Origin: Promethearchaeota archaeon
GTDB taxonomy: Archaea; Asgardarchaeota; Lokiarchaeia; Sigyniarchaeales; SOKP01
Direction: 5' to 3'
Length of the DNA stretch: 64,000 nucleotides
NCBI GenBank assembly: GCA_019058445.1
Contig: JAHPZA010000004.1
Coordinates: 354,184 to 418,183, forward strand
Shown here: positions 41,192 through 51,946 of the stretch, one piece after another
Numbering within the stretch: position 1 is the stretch's first letter
Layout: every line of letters starts with the position of its first letter
Notes under the pieces: generated by a model
What the model saw: only the letters and a program-made list of their open reading frames with translations
What the model was told of the DNA's origin: nothing
The model's database searches: none
Program-made: the position numbers and the translations under genes

Positions 41192-44100
41192 ATGTTAAAA
41201 GGTGAAAATAAAACGAAATCTAAACAAAAAGTAAAACTAATTATATTCGTCTTAGGGCTGATGTTGGCTATTTCAGTTTTGAATATCAACAAAACTGCGG
41301 AACAATCTCAAACTGAGCCAGAATTTAAAGATATCACAAAGGAAGAGGATGATATAACCGATGAGAACCCTTCAAGTTCAGGGGTAGAATATGTTGGAAT
41401 CGATAAGACGATAACTAAGGGAAGCCAAGGAATTGGGATTGAAGATAACATAAAGTATGATGATAACAACATTGATGCCACCAACTTCAAGAGGATTACT
41501 AGAAAGGTTAAAACAGAGGCGTTCTCTCATGCATGGCCGTGGGACCTGTGGCCCTTAGCACACCCACAATTTTTTACAACAGACGATTTATATATAATTG
41601 ACGCTTTAGCCAATGATGATAATAAATATCTTGGTATGGATTGCCAGTATGCCTCTATAGGCCACGTATGGAGTTGGAATGTTTTAGGGTTTGGAACCCG
41701 GGTAGGAGCCCCATTTGTAAACAATCCTGAGAAATACCGGGGAGTAAATCAAGTGCAGATAAAATACGAGATGGTATATACTAAGAGGGAACCTAATATA
41801 ACCCCTAATGCTGATAATATTCAGATAAGATTCAGGGCTGGTAATGGTTTAACTTCTATATCTAGCCATGATCTCGGTGAAGGAATTATGTATCAGAATG
41901 GCATTTGGAGCGATTGGGTATTAGTCGATGATAATCCCATTCACGGAGAACGCTGGACTAGAACGATTACGATAGATGGGTCGCAACATTCCGAGATATT
42001 AGCTGCTATTTGGCAAGGTTCCTATATAGATTGTATGGAAGTTCAAGTTAAGAATCCTGAATATCCTACTGTTCTCAGATCTAGGATTCGCGTTGACTGG
42101 GTTGACATTTTCTATCATTATATGGAACAACAGGTCGATTTTCAGTATGAACTGGAAATTAAGGAGTGTGAAATACCTGATTTTCAACAATTCAAATCAA
42201 CTGCTACTTTTACTGTTGATCTAGAAGATAGTTCACCTAATGTAGATTTATATCTTTATGATGATAGCAATTCAAAATGGGATAAATTCGGAACAACTAG
42301 CTCGTGGGACTCAGAAGTAATCCATTTTACCGTTGAGAGGCATATAGAAAACTATTTCAGCAACGAGAATAAAACACGAATAAGATTCTATAGACCCAAA
42401 TTTTTTCGCTATACAACCTTAACGCGTTTATGGGTGGACACGATTGAGATTGACTTCACAACAGGGATAATGTTTGATATACATTCTCCAGAGAATAAAA
42501 CATACTACAAAGATTATTTTGATTCTCATATGGATGGATATTATCTTTCGACAAATGGATTTGAAAACGATGAACCAGGCACCGAACCCGAATGGTTTAA
42601 ACAGGTAGGTACAGCCGGCGGTACTGTAGAAGTTATTGAAGAATTGGACCAACATAAAAAAGTCTTAGAATTGAATGATACCTCCTCCTTGCTTCAAAAT
42701 GCTCACGTGAGCAAAGATTTTTCTACACCACAGACGAATGGTACAATAGAATATTGGATGCAATCAGATGATGTCTCCAAAGTGAATGGATTTTTGGTAG
42801 AAAATGGGGGAAATTCTCTTGTTCGTATAAGAACTTGGAATAATAATTTACAAGTAAGAAATGGAAGTGTTTGGCAAGATGTAGTGCCCCTTCAAAATAA
42901 TACTTGGTATCACATACGGGTCGATTTCGAGTGTACTTCGGGTTTATATTCGGGGCTGTCGCAATATAATTGGTGCATTTATGTTGATGGTGTAAAATAT
43001 GGTAATTACAAATTTATTAGTAATGAAGTTCAGGCTGACCGAATCTGGTGGTTTACTGATTACTTAAATTTTATGTCTGGTTATATCTATTACATTGACG
43101 CAATTGGGGTGTCTTGGGATTCTGATTATAATATTGGGGAAAATTTTAACGAGGGATTATTGCTCAGTTTTACCAATTATACCAATTTAGATTGGATGGG
43201 ATTTTCCTTGGACAATCAGGATAATAAAACGATTTTAGGAGATTTTACTATACCTATACCTGATATTGGAACACATACTATTCAATTCTTTGGAAACGAT
43301 TCATTTGGAATAATGTATCATTCTGAAAAAAGATACTTCGCAGTCAGTTCTGCCATACCTAACATTACCATTAAAACTCCTGAACCTATCATATATACAG
43401 AGCCAATGTTGGGCTATTATCTTGCGACTTATGGATTTGAAAACGATGTTTACTGGTCGGAACCGGAACAGTGGACTAGTCCGGCAGCTCTTTCCAGAGG
43501 TACTGTGATTCGGTCTCTAGGGAATCATGAAAAAGTAGTCGAAATTGATAATATTGATTGGAAATATTACTACATAATAAATTCTTTTGAAGGACAAGAA
43601 AATGGAACGATAGAATTTTGGTTGAGAATAACAGATTCCGGTGAGGTATATCAAATGGGATGTTTAGGTCCAAATGGTGGCCCTGGACCTACGTTTAAAA
43701 TCGTGAATAATAAATGGCGATATAGTCATTCGGGAGCAACGGGTACTTGGAGTGATATTAACAATCTACCAGCTCCATTAAACAATACTTGGATGCATAT
43801 TACATTAGAATTCGAATGCGGTAATGGTGGATATAAAGGTTTAGCCCCTGATACCTATAGGATTATCATGAATGAAAATTCTTCAGAAGATTTACCTTTT
43901 AGATATGAAACTGTTAATCTCACTACATTTTATGTCTCTACAGGAATAGATTTTTTTCATGATAACTACAGGGTATATATTGATGCAGTAGGCTATTCCT
44001 GGGATGTTCATTATGAGATCGGAGATAATAAGAATGAAGGATTGCTGCTAGATTTTACTCTCCCTATTGAATTAGACTGGATAGGATATTCATTAGATGG

Positions 44101-44986
44101 GCAACCAAATAGGACCATACTAGGGGATATCGTTATTCCATTCCTTGAAGATGGAAATCATTCAATTCAAATATTCGGAAGAAATCCTCATAATAAAATT
44201 ATTAAATCTCCTGTGAGACACTTCATAACAGATGCCAATGCACCTTCAGCGTCAATCTCATTCAATCCTTATAAGGGAGATAAAATTGTGAACCAAACCA
44301 CCTTATTTGCGATAAATGCAGATGATGATGCGGGTTCCGGAATTGATACAATCAAATATAAATTGAATAACACAGAATGGTTAGATTATAAGGACCCTTT
44401 TGATTTAAATTACTATGCTCCCGGACTTTATAATCTCTTATATTATGCCACCGATCTTGCGGGGCATGCTGGAGAAGTACAAAATATTACCATTGAATTG
44501 TTAAGGGTCTCAATAATAGACATCGATATTCTGGATCATATGTATTCCATCGAAGTGTTTAACATCACGCTTTTCCTATGCAATGAGTTCGGTAAGGGAA
44601 TCAATTCCGCTACAATACAGTCGTGGTGGGACGGTAATCAGGTGTCTCAAAGTGATATTACGAACCTCGGAGGAGGATTATACGTCCTATCGCTTACACC
44701 TATCACTGTGGCTCCGGGGGGAGATCGGATACTTTTAAACATGACAATCACTGCCGAAGACTGCTTTGCGAAATATTATAAGACCTATCTTGCGGTTGAT
44801 CCTGATAGCATTGATAAAGGCCCTCCGTTTTCGTCTTCAAAGGGGGACGATAAAGATGACAATGAGAAAAAGGGAGTAGATCCTACAATTCCTCTCATTA
44901 TCCTTGGAATCTCTATTGCTGGCTGTTGTATAGTGGTTATTGTTGCATGGAAAAAAGAGTTGCTAAAGAAATTCAATAGAAAATAA
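41192..44986 (+). CDS. Large cell-surface protein with two tandem LamG/ConA-like modules and a C-terminal TM anchor
   Basis: Duplicated GYYL.T.GFEND...NGTIE.W...NNTW.HI...FEC...YIDA.G.SWD..Y.IG.N.NEGLLL.F...LDW.G.SLD.Q.N.TILGD; signal peptide and C-terminal TM. Confidence 0.75.
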   Translation: MLKGENKTKSKQKVKLIIFVLGLMLAISVLNINKTAEQSQTEPEFKDITKEEDDITDENPSSSGVEYVGIDKTITKGSQGIGIEDNIKYDDNNIDATNFKRITRKVKTEAFSHAWPWDLWPLAHPQFFTTDDLYIIDALANDDNKYLGMDCQYASIGHVWSWNVLGFGTRVGAPFVNNPEKYRGVNQVQIKYEMVYTKREPNITPNADNIQIRFRAGNGLTSISSHDLGEGIMYQNGIWSDWVLVDDNPIHGERWTRTITIDGSQHSEILAAIWQGSYIDCMEVQVKNPEYPTVLRSRIRVDWVDIFYHYMEQQVDFQYELEIKECEIPDFQQFKSTATFTVDLEDSSPNVDLYLYDDSNSKWDKFGTTSSWDSEVIHFTVERHIENYFSNENKTRIRFYRPKFFRYTTLTRLWVDTIEIDFTTGIMFDIHSPENKTYYKDYFDSHMDGYYLSTNGFENDEPGTEPEWFKQVGTAGGTVEVIEELDQHKKVLELNDTSSLLQNAHVSKDFSTPQTNGTIEYWMQSDDVSKVNGFLVENGGNSLVRIRTWNNNLQVRNGSVWQDVVPLQNNTWYHIRVDFECTSGLYSGLSQYNWCIYVDGVKYGNYKFISNEVQADRIWWFTDYLNFMSGYIYYIDAIGVSWDSDYNIGENFNEGLLLSFTNYTNLDWMGFSLDNQDNKTILGDFTIPIPDIGTHTIQFFGNDSFGIMYHSEKRYFAVSSAIPNITIKTPEPIIYTEPMLGYYLATYGFENDVYWSEPEQWTSPAALSRGTVIRSLGNHEKVVEIDNIDWKYYYIINSFEGQENGTIEFWLRITDSGEVYQMGCLGPNGGPGPTFKIVNNKWRYSHSGATGTWSDINNLPAPLNNTWMHITLEFECGNGGYKGLAPDTYRIIMNENSSEDLPFRYETVNLTTFYVSTGIDFFHDNYRVYIDAVGYSWDVHYEIGDNKNEGLLLDFTLPIELDWIGYSLDGQPNRTILGDIVIPFLEDGNHSIQIFGRNPHNKIIKSPVRHFITDANAPSASISFNPYKGDKIVNQTTLFAINADDDAGSGIDTIKYKLNNTEWLDYKDPFDLNYYAPGLYNLLYYATDLAGHAGEVQNITIELLRVSIIDIDILDHMYSIEVFNITLFLCNEFGKGINSATIQSWWDGNQVSQSDITNLGGGLYVLSLTPITVAPGGDRILLNMTITAEDCFAKYYKTYLAVDPDSIDKGPPFSSSKGDDKDDNEKKGVDPTIPLIILGISIAGCCIVVIVAWKKELLKKFNRK

Positions 44987-45050
44987 TTAAATTTCAAATA
45001 AATTTTTTTTTTTATTACATTTTTATTCTAAAATTGAAAAAAAAAAGGAA

Positions 45051-45341
45051 TTAAATATTCCCAAATTCTATATCAAAATTATAGTATTTCCTTACTGGTT
45101 TTTTAACTTTCCAGATACATTTTAACCCTTTTTCGAATTGGACGAGATCTCCTTTTCCAAATTCAATTTTCTCTCCGGTTTCAGGATCGGATACTTCTAC
45201 TTCTCCTTCTAAGATATAGCAAGTTTCAGTATCTCCATATGACCAATCAAACTCACTTGTTTCTTTAGACCAAGTACCCCATGATTTAACCTTTAATTTA
45301 TTCAATTCCTCTTCTGAAGGGATTTTTTTTTTCATTTTCAT
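45051..45341 (-). CDS. Cupin_3 (DUF861) protein
   Basis: WGTWSKE.SEFDWSY..ETCYILEGEV, GDLV.F.KGL.C.W. Confidence 0.88.
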   Translation of the reverse strand: MKMKKKIPSEEELNKLKVKSWGTWSKETSEFDWSYGDTETCYILEGEVEVSDPETGEKIEFGKGDLVQFEKGLKCIWKVKKPVRKYYNFDIEFGNI

Positions 45342-45667
45342 ATTATTTCACTTCTATTTTACAAATTTTACCTATTTTCATTTGATTTTAAGATATTTTA
45401 TTATAAGATAACTCAAAATTTATAATTTTAAGTAAAATCGTAATTTTAATATGAATAAAAAGAAATTCTAATTTTTTTTTTGAAATTATGATTTTTCTCT
45501 TTCGTTTAAGATAATTTTTAATAAGGATATTATTATTAGTGAATTAAAAAATTTTTAAAAAAAAACACAAATATAAAAAATTTTATTTAGAATTAAGGTA
45601 AATAAAAACTATCCTTAATAAAGATTTATATAAATTTAATTGCATAAAAAAAGTTAAATCAGAATAA

Positions 45668-46201
45668 TTGGGTACTTCGATGACGAAAAAGTTCATACTA
45701 AAAATCCTTACTGCAGGGGAAGGAGGCGTGGGTAAAACTACATTGCTACATCGTTACGTTGAAGGTAAGTTCAGTGCAGATACTAAAATGACAATAGGAG
45801 TGGAATTCTTTTTAAAAGAAATTGATCTTGATGGAAAACAATGTACTCTCCAACTTTGGGACTTTGGTGGACAAGAACGATTTAGATTTTTATTAGAGAG
45901 TTATGTACTCGGAGCTAAAGGAGCTCTATTAATGTTTGATTTAACTCGGCCAATGACATTGGAAAATTTGCAACAATGGGTAACTATTTGTCGTAAAGGT
46001 GATCCAAACCTTCCTATCTTATTCTTGGGAACTAAACTGGATTTGGAAAATGACATAATGGTTGATGATGATTATGCTTTCACGTTCAAAGAACAGTTTG
46101 AGCTATTTGATTATATGAAAATTTCCTCAAAATCAGGACAAAATGTTTCAGAAGCATTTGAATTATTAACAAAAAAGATATTAGAGCGACAAACCTATTG
46201 A
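45668..46201 (+). CDS. Rab-like small GTPase
   Basis: GEGGVGKT, TIGVEF, WDFGGQERF, TKLD, SSK. Confidence 0.92.
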   Translation: MGTSMTKKFILKILTAGEGGVGKTTLLHRYVEGKFSADTKMTIGVEFFLKEIDLDGKQCTLQLWDFGGQERFRFLLESYVLGAKGALLMFDLTRPMTLENLQQWVTICRKGDPNLPILFLGTKLDLENDIMVDDDYAFTFKEQFELFDYMKISSKSGQNVSEAFELLTKKILERQTY

Positions 46202-46647
46202 GTTTCCCAAAAAAAAAAGAGATTAATGTTGTAATATTCGATTCTAATTTTATTTTACTTCCTTACCAATTTAAAATTGACTATTTAAGTGATATTTATT
46301 TAAAATTAGAAGGAAGAACCAGGTTTTATGTATTTAAACAAAGTTTAGACGAGATTGAAGCAAAAATTAAAAGGGATCCTAAAACTAGAAAATTAAAGAG
46401 ACAGTTTAAGGGGAGTATGTCATATTTAGATAAAAACGAGAAGATTTATCCAATTTATTTTATTAATGAAGTTAAGGATGCAAATGAAACTACAGACGAT
46501 TTTCTATTAAAATGGTGTATTAGTTTTAAAAAAGAATTTAAAAAAGTTTTTTTAGCAACGAATGATGCAGCACTTCGTAGAAGAGCAAAAAAATCTAATG
46601 TAAATCTCATTTTTCTCAGACAAAAAAAATATTTAGTTATAGAATAA
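46198..46647 (+). CDS. PIN-domain nuclease, Fcf1/Utp24-like
   Basis: FDSNFILLP..FKID, TDD, LATNDAALRRR, LRQKKYL. Confidence 0.8.
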   Translation: MSFPKKKEINVVIFDSNFILLPYQFKIDYLSDIYLKLEGRTRFYVFKQSLDEIEAKIKRDPKTRKLKRQFKGSMSYLDKNEKIYPIYFINEVKDANETTDDFLLKWCISFKKEFKKVFLATNDAALRRRAKKSNVNLIFLRQKKYLVIE

Positions 46648-46999
46648 AGCTAAATCGGTTTGTATTGAACTTGGTCTTGATTAGCTTCAAATTGCTTAAC
46701 TAATTCTTATCCTTTTTGAATAAACTCATTTTAAGGTTAAAACTTAGATCTGGATAAGATTAAATAAAGCAAAAACCATAAATAAAAAATTTAAGATTAA
46801 TTTTTTAAGATACATAAAATTTACTTAATAAAATTATCTATTCAAAAAAGATAGGAATACTATCAGATTGTTCAAATTAAAGTTGTGGGTACTTATGGAT
46901 TTCTAAGTGGGATATTATTTACAAATATTACAAATTTTAACACAAGGTAATCGATTAATAAAAAATTAAATCAATAATAAAATTGAGGAGATCTTCCTA

Positions 47000-47518
47000 A
47001 TGAGTAAGCCAATCGTCTTAAAAGTGCTAACAGCAGGGGAAGGTGGGGTTGGTAAAACAACTTTACTTCATAGATATGTTGAGGGAAAATTCTCTTCTGA
47101 AACTAAGATGACAATTGGCGTAGAATTCTTTTTAAAAGAACTTAATATTGATGGTCAAAAAGTTATGCTGCAGCTTTGGGATTTTGGTGGACAAGAACGA
47201 TTCAGATTCTTACTTGAAAGTTATGTTATTGGAGCCCGTGGAGCATTACTTATGTTTGACTTGACTAGAACGATGACTTTAGAAAATATTGATCAATGGG
47301 TACAGATTGTACGCAAAGAAGACCCAGAATTACCTATTTTGTTTTTGGGATCAAAATCTGATTTGGAAGATGATCTATGCGTGAAAGATGATTACATCGA
47401 AGAGTTTAAACAACACTTTAACTTGTATGATTATTTACGCATTTCCTCAAAAACGGGTGAAAATGTAGAATATAGCTTCGAAAATTTAACTAGAGAAATA
47501 TTAAAGAAAATTTTATAG
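47000..47518 (+). CDS. Rab-like small GTPase (paralog of 45668-46201)
   Basis: GEGGVGKT, TIGVEF, WDFGGQERF, SKSD, SSK. Confidence 0.92.
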   Translation: MSKPIVLKVLTAGEGGVGKTTLLHRYVEGKFSSETKMTIGVEFFLKELNIDGQKVMLQLWDFGGQERFRFLLESYVIGARGALLMFDLTRTMTLENIDQWVQIVRKEDPELPILFLGSKSDLEDDLCVKDDYIEEFKQHFNLYDYLRISSKTGENVEYSFENLTREILKKIL

Positions 47519-47553
47519 CGTGAATTAGGAAAAAAATCAGTCTAGTTGGAAAA

Positions 47554-48741
47554 TTATAACCTGTTTAAAATTATTGTTTCTATATCCTTATCGTTTAAAT
47601 TAACAGGATTATTTTTTAAACCCGCTTTTTTCACTATTTTTTCAATGTGTTCAGAAGTTATTCCATACTTTCCTAATCGGTCTATCTTCAGTTCTTCAGT
47701 CCATTTTTCAAGGGTACTAATTAATATCGAACAATTTTCATCAATTTTTCCTTCGCCATTCAATTTATTACCAGATAATAACGCGCCAATATTAGCATGT
47801 TTTTTTAATCCCGCCTTTCCGGCAACACTTAGTTCTTTAAGCTTTTTAATATTCATCCTTGTTGCTTCGGCTAAAAGCGTACCGCATACTACTCCGTGAG
47901 GGATATCAAAAAAACCTCCAATGGGAGAAGCAAGTCCGTGAACGATTCCTAACCCCGCATTCGCAAGCGTAATCCCAGACATAAGAGAGCCATAAGCCAT
48001 CGCAGCTCGAACATTCACATCTGAAGCTCCGCCAAAGCATGCCGGAATCATGTTTTTGTTCATATATTCCATTCCACTATACGCTAACGCATCCGTCATA
48101 GGACTAGCCTTAGTTGACACATAAGCCTCAAGTAATTGGGTAAAGGCGTCCATTCCGCATGCCCCCGTTATTGAAGGAGGGCAAGAAATCATAAGCTCTG
48201 GATCTATTAATGCAATATTAGGAATTAAATTATCATGTCGAAGAGATTTTTTAAAACCTTCGGAACCTATATCTGAAATAACCGCATTTTTAGTGGCTTC
48301 ACTGCCAGTTCCTGACGTGGTTGGAATTGCAATATAAGGTATTTTTTTTCCGTCATGTATTTTTGTACCAACTCCCTCAAGATAATTTTTAATTGAATCT
48401 TCTTTAGGAATCATGGCAGATATCGCTTTACCTGCATCAGTAACGCTACCTCCACCAATTCCAATAATTAAATCAATATTTTTGTTCCGAAAATTTTCAG
48501 CAATCTGGTCTACGATCGGTGGGGAGGGTTCGCCTTTAACTGAAACTGAAGTATAGGTAATTGATTTGTTTTCCATTGAGGAGGAAATTTCCTTCCATTT
48601 GCCTGATCGTTCAAGAGAACTTCCACCGATCACAAATAAAACATTATTACCGAATTTTGGAACGATTTCATACAATTCATTCAGCTTCCCAGCACCAAAA
48701 ATTATATGCGGAATGCTTGCAAAATTAAAATTTTGAATCAT
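47554..48741 (-). CDS. Iron-containing alcohol dehydrogenase
   Basis: GGGSVTD, PTTSGTGSE, DAFTQ, GIVHG, PHG. Confidence 0.9.
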   Translation of the reverse strand: MIQNFNFASIPHIIFGAGKLNELYEIVPKFGNNVLFVIGGSSLERSGKWKEISSSMENKSITYTSVSVKGEPSPPIVDQIAENFRNKNIDLIIGIGGGSVTDAGKAISAMIPKEDSIKNYLEGVGTKIHDGKKIPYIAIPTTSGTGSEATKNAVISDIGSEGFKKSLRHDNLIPNIALIDPELMISCPPSITGACGMDAFTQLLEAYVSTKASPMTDALAYSGMEYMNKNMIPACFGGASDVNVRAAMAYGSLMSGITLANAGLGIVHGLASPIGGFFDIPHGVVCGTLLAEATRMNIKKLKELSVAGKAGLKKHANIGALLSGNKLNGEGKIDENCSILISTLEKWTEELKIDRLGKYGITSEHIEKIVKKAGLKNNPVNLNDKDIETIILNRL

Positions 48742-48929
48742 AATACCTACCTTATTGTTGTTATCAAAATTAATTAATTTTTTACATGGTTTTTAAAGTT
48801 CATCCTAAAATATATATTATATTTAATTGAAGTATGACAAAAATTAAGTGTTTTACAATAATATTTATAACTTAATTAAAATAATTTGTTTCATAATAAT
48901 TAAAACCAAGGTGAACTATCATTAAGAAA

Positions 48930-49259
48930 GTGAATGAAAAGGATTTTGAGTATAGGAATAAAGACTCTGGCGTTAAATACCTAATGCGCGGTCCGAGTAT
49001 TGATTGGGGCTTGATTTTACTTAAACCCGGGGAACATATGGGTGGCAAACCACATGGTCATAACGAAATTGATGAGACATTCTACTTTATGGAGGGAGAT
49101 GGGGTAATGATTATTGATGGTAAAGAATATGACGCACCTCAAGGAAGTGTGTTCTTATGTGAGCCAAAAGAAATGCATAACATTCGAAACAGTTCTGATA
49201 AGCCCATAAAAATTGTTTTTATTAAGGGAGAATATAAACCAGACGATAAAATAGAATAA
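48930..49259 (+). CDS. Cupin_2 domain protein
   Basis: PHGH...DETFYFMEG.G and EPKEMHNIRN. Confidence 0.85.
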   Translation: MNEKDFEYRNKDSGVKYLMRGPSIDWGLILLKPGEHMGGKPHGHNEIDETFYFMEGDGVMIIDGKEYDAPQGSVFLCEPKEMHNIRNSSDKPIKIVFIKGEYKPDDKIE

Positions 49260-49297
49260 TAAAATATTTAACGAATTTTAAACTTGAGTAAATAATT

Positions 49298-49693
49298 ATG
49301 GCTAAAAAAAAGAAAAAACAGCAAAAAAGAGGGAAAAGAACTAAGGGATATCATGCTCCCGAAGAGATCGTTCCATCCAGAATTAAAATGCCAAACAAAA
49401 AAATGGGAGAATTGTTTGGTAGAGTTGTAGATATCCTTGGAAATGACCGGATGGAAGTATTTGCTGAAGATGGCAAACATTATATTGGTAGAATTAGAGG
49501 AAAGATCAAAAAGAGAGTATGGATAAGGAAAGGTGATCTTGTTGTTGTAAATCCCTGGGATTGGGCCACAGAAACAAAGGACGAACGTGGAAAATGTGAA
49601 ATCACGTGGAGATATATGAAAAGTGAAATTTCGTGGCTTTCACGTAATAATCGAGTCCCAGAGATTTTAGATATTAATAATATTCCTTTTTAA
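49298..49693 (+). CDS. eif1a: Translation initiation factor aIF1A
   Basis: LGNDRMEV, RIRGKIKKRVWIRKGDLVVV.PW, ITWRY. Confidence 0.93.
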   Translation: MAKKKKKQQKRGKRTKGYHAPEEIVPSRIKMPNKKMGELFGRVVDILGNDRMEVFAEDGKHYIGRIRGKIKKRVWIRKGDLVVVNPWDWATETKDERGKCEITWRYMKSEISWLSRNNRVPEILDINNIPF

Positions 49694-49873
49694 TGAAATT
49701 AGTTTATTCACTCCATTTTAGGAGTGTCTTCATTTCGTATTTATTATGCAGTCTTTAACTATATAGTTTCCCTTATAAAAAGCAAAATTTTATAATTTAT
49801 GATTACCTTGTGTAATATATACTTATTTTTCCAAGAAATTTTAAATTAAACCCAAATTAAATGAGGAAAAATC

Positions 49874-50638
49874 ATGTCAAACCATGAAGAGAAAATTGAG
49901 GAATCCGACGGAAATAAGGTAGATATAGATGGCGCGGTCAGTGAAGGACTTATCGAAGAAATAGAAGACTTAACTACGCTTTTTGCGGTAAGAACAACCA
50001 TTAATCAAGAGAGTAATATTTTAAAACAAATTTTTTATAGATTCCGCATTTTAGACACTATTCCGGATATCAAAGCGATGCTTGTAAGCCCTTTACTTCC
50101 AGGATATATCTTTATTGAAGCTTCACAGAAGCGCGACGTACAGATTGCTATACAAGGGATACCTCATATTAAAGGCCGCATTGTTGGACAGATAAAATTA
50201 AAAGAGATAAAACATGTATTAGTACCCAGAAGTGTAACTGAATTCTTAGAAGAGGGAGATACAGTTGAAATTATTTCTGGTGTTTTTGAGGGCTCGCGCG
50301 CCCTTGTCATGAGGATGCCCCATGATACTTCAAGTAGTGAAGAAGTTGTGGTAAGATTACTACAAGAAGAAACACCCATTACCATTAAAATTCATGGAGA
50401 CTACTTAAAACTGGTTGAAAAGAAGAAAAGACTAGAAGAGGAACCTATACCTGAAATTAAAGTAAGGTCCCCTGAAGAAATCGTCACAGATTTAGATCAA
50501 ATGATTACTTTTGATGATGAGATGGAGCTAGAGGAAGAACTTACTGAAGATTATGGAAACGATACATTCGAAGAATATGATGAGGAAATCGAAGAGGATG
50601 AGGAAGAAGATGAATGGGCAAAATTTGACGGTTTTTAA
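49874..50638 (+). CDS. spt5: Transcription elongation factor Spt5/NusG (NGN+KOW) with acidic extensions
   Basis: FAVRTTINQE, PGYIFIEA and GDTVEIISGVFEG KOW. Confidence 0.88.
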   Translation: MSNHEEKIEESDGNKVDIDGAVSEGLIEEIEDLTTLFAVRTTINQESNILKQIFYRFRILDTIPDIKAMLVSPLLPGYIFIEASQKRDVQIAIQGIPHIKGRIVGQIKLKEIKHVLVPRSVTEFLEEGDTVEIISGVFEGSRALVMRMPHDTSSSEEVVVRLLQEETPITIKIHGDYLKLVEKKKRLEEEPIPEIKVRSPEEIVTDLDQMITFDDEMELEEELTEDYGNDTFEEYDEEIEEDEEEDEWAKFDGF

Positions 50639-51050
50639 TCAAATTCCTCGAATTTATTTAATTTTTCTCTTATAAATCTTTTATCTCCTTTAGGAACTCT
50701 AGAACAATTAGATGCTCCGTGGTCTACAGGTTGGTCGTGATCAGTAATAAAGACTCATTCGTGAATAAATCCACGAGAATAGCAGCTCTATGGTCAATTC
50801 CATATTTTTCATGAAATTCTATTAGAAATTAACTATTTAATGAAAAAAGAAATAGAGTATTCCCGCTATATTGGGAGCAATCACATTTTACTACTCTAAT
50901 AGGATTTTTTTAACTTTATCCTCATTCGTATAAAATCCTATGATTTTTTTTCCTTGACTTCGAACTGATATATTTTAGAACAGATTTTTATATCAAAACT
51001 ATTATTAGACAAATATCAAATAGAAAAGTTTTGAAAAGGTTTATGAATTC

Positions 51051-51797
51051 ATGATTAAAAATATCTTCATCATGAAAGCAACCACGGGAGAATTAATTTT
51101 TCATAAATCATATGAGGATATTTTTGATGTGAAGCTGACCAGCAGCTTTCTTTCCGCTATTTTCTCGTTTGTAAAACAAACTCTTAAAACAGAAAAGCTT
51201 TCTGAAATCGAAGTAGGGCCATTTCGGTTTATTTTCGAAATTGAAAAAATTAAATCAGAAGAATTAATGTTTGCAATATTCGCAGATCGAACTGATAATT
51301 TAGTAGAGCTCAGGAACCAACTAAGAGAAGTTAAAGCGCAATTTTTAGATAAATTTGAATTAGCCTCTTTAACTGAATTTGATGGTGAAATTTCAAAATT
51401 TTTTGAATTTGAAAATAATATTGATGATATCATGGAAAAAAGTAAGCAATTAGTGTCTGAAGATATTCAAAAGGATTTATTAAATATTATTAACGAACTA
51501 CATACTTTTTCCTCATTTGTGATGGCTTCTGCGCTATTGACACAAACAGGAAGAGTTATTGTTTCTTATCTAAATCCTAATGTATTATCAGAAATAATTA
51601 AACTTCTCGAAGCACGTTTCTTAATTGGAAATAACAAAATTAATGAATTAATTACTTTAGAAAGCTTCGGAATTTTAAGTCTAGTAGGAATTAACTCCTT
51701 TATTTCAGTAATTCAGTTTAAGAATAATTGTCCATTTGAGACCGCACTCATTATCTCTAAAAAATTCTCATCTAGATTGCGAAATTTGATATTTTAA
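51051..51797 (+). CDS. Longin plus roadblock-like domain protein
   Basis: IKNIFIM...GELIF...LTSSFLSAIFSF longin pattern, then ASALLTQTGRVIVS roadblock-like pattern. Confidence 0.7.
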   Translation: MIKNIFIMKATTGELIFHKSYEDIFDVKLTSSFLSAIFSFVKQTLKTEKLSEIEVGPFRFIFEIEKIKSEELMFAIFADRTDNLVELRNQLREVKAQFLDKFELASLTEFDGEISKFFEFENNIDDIMEKSKQLVSEDIQKDLLNIINELHTFSSFVMASALLTQTGRVIVSYLNPNVLSEIIKLLEARFLIGNNKINELITLESFGILSLVGINSFISVIQFKNNCPFETALIISKKFSSRLRNLIF

Positions 51798-51946
51798 TTT
51801 TTAAAATCCAATTAACTATTTCAACATGATAATGATCTATTTTTATAATTTTATGTAAATAAATTACGTAAAAAAATTAAAAAACTATCAAAATCTCTTA
51901 TTCATAATATATTAGATATTAAATGTAAAAAAAAAAATAAAACAAA

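Noticed and set aside
50640-50980. Possible structured RNA or ORF downstream of spt5
   Set aside because: Only short hairpins and broken minus-strand frames; unsupported.
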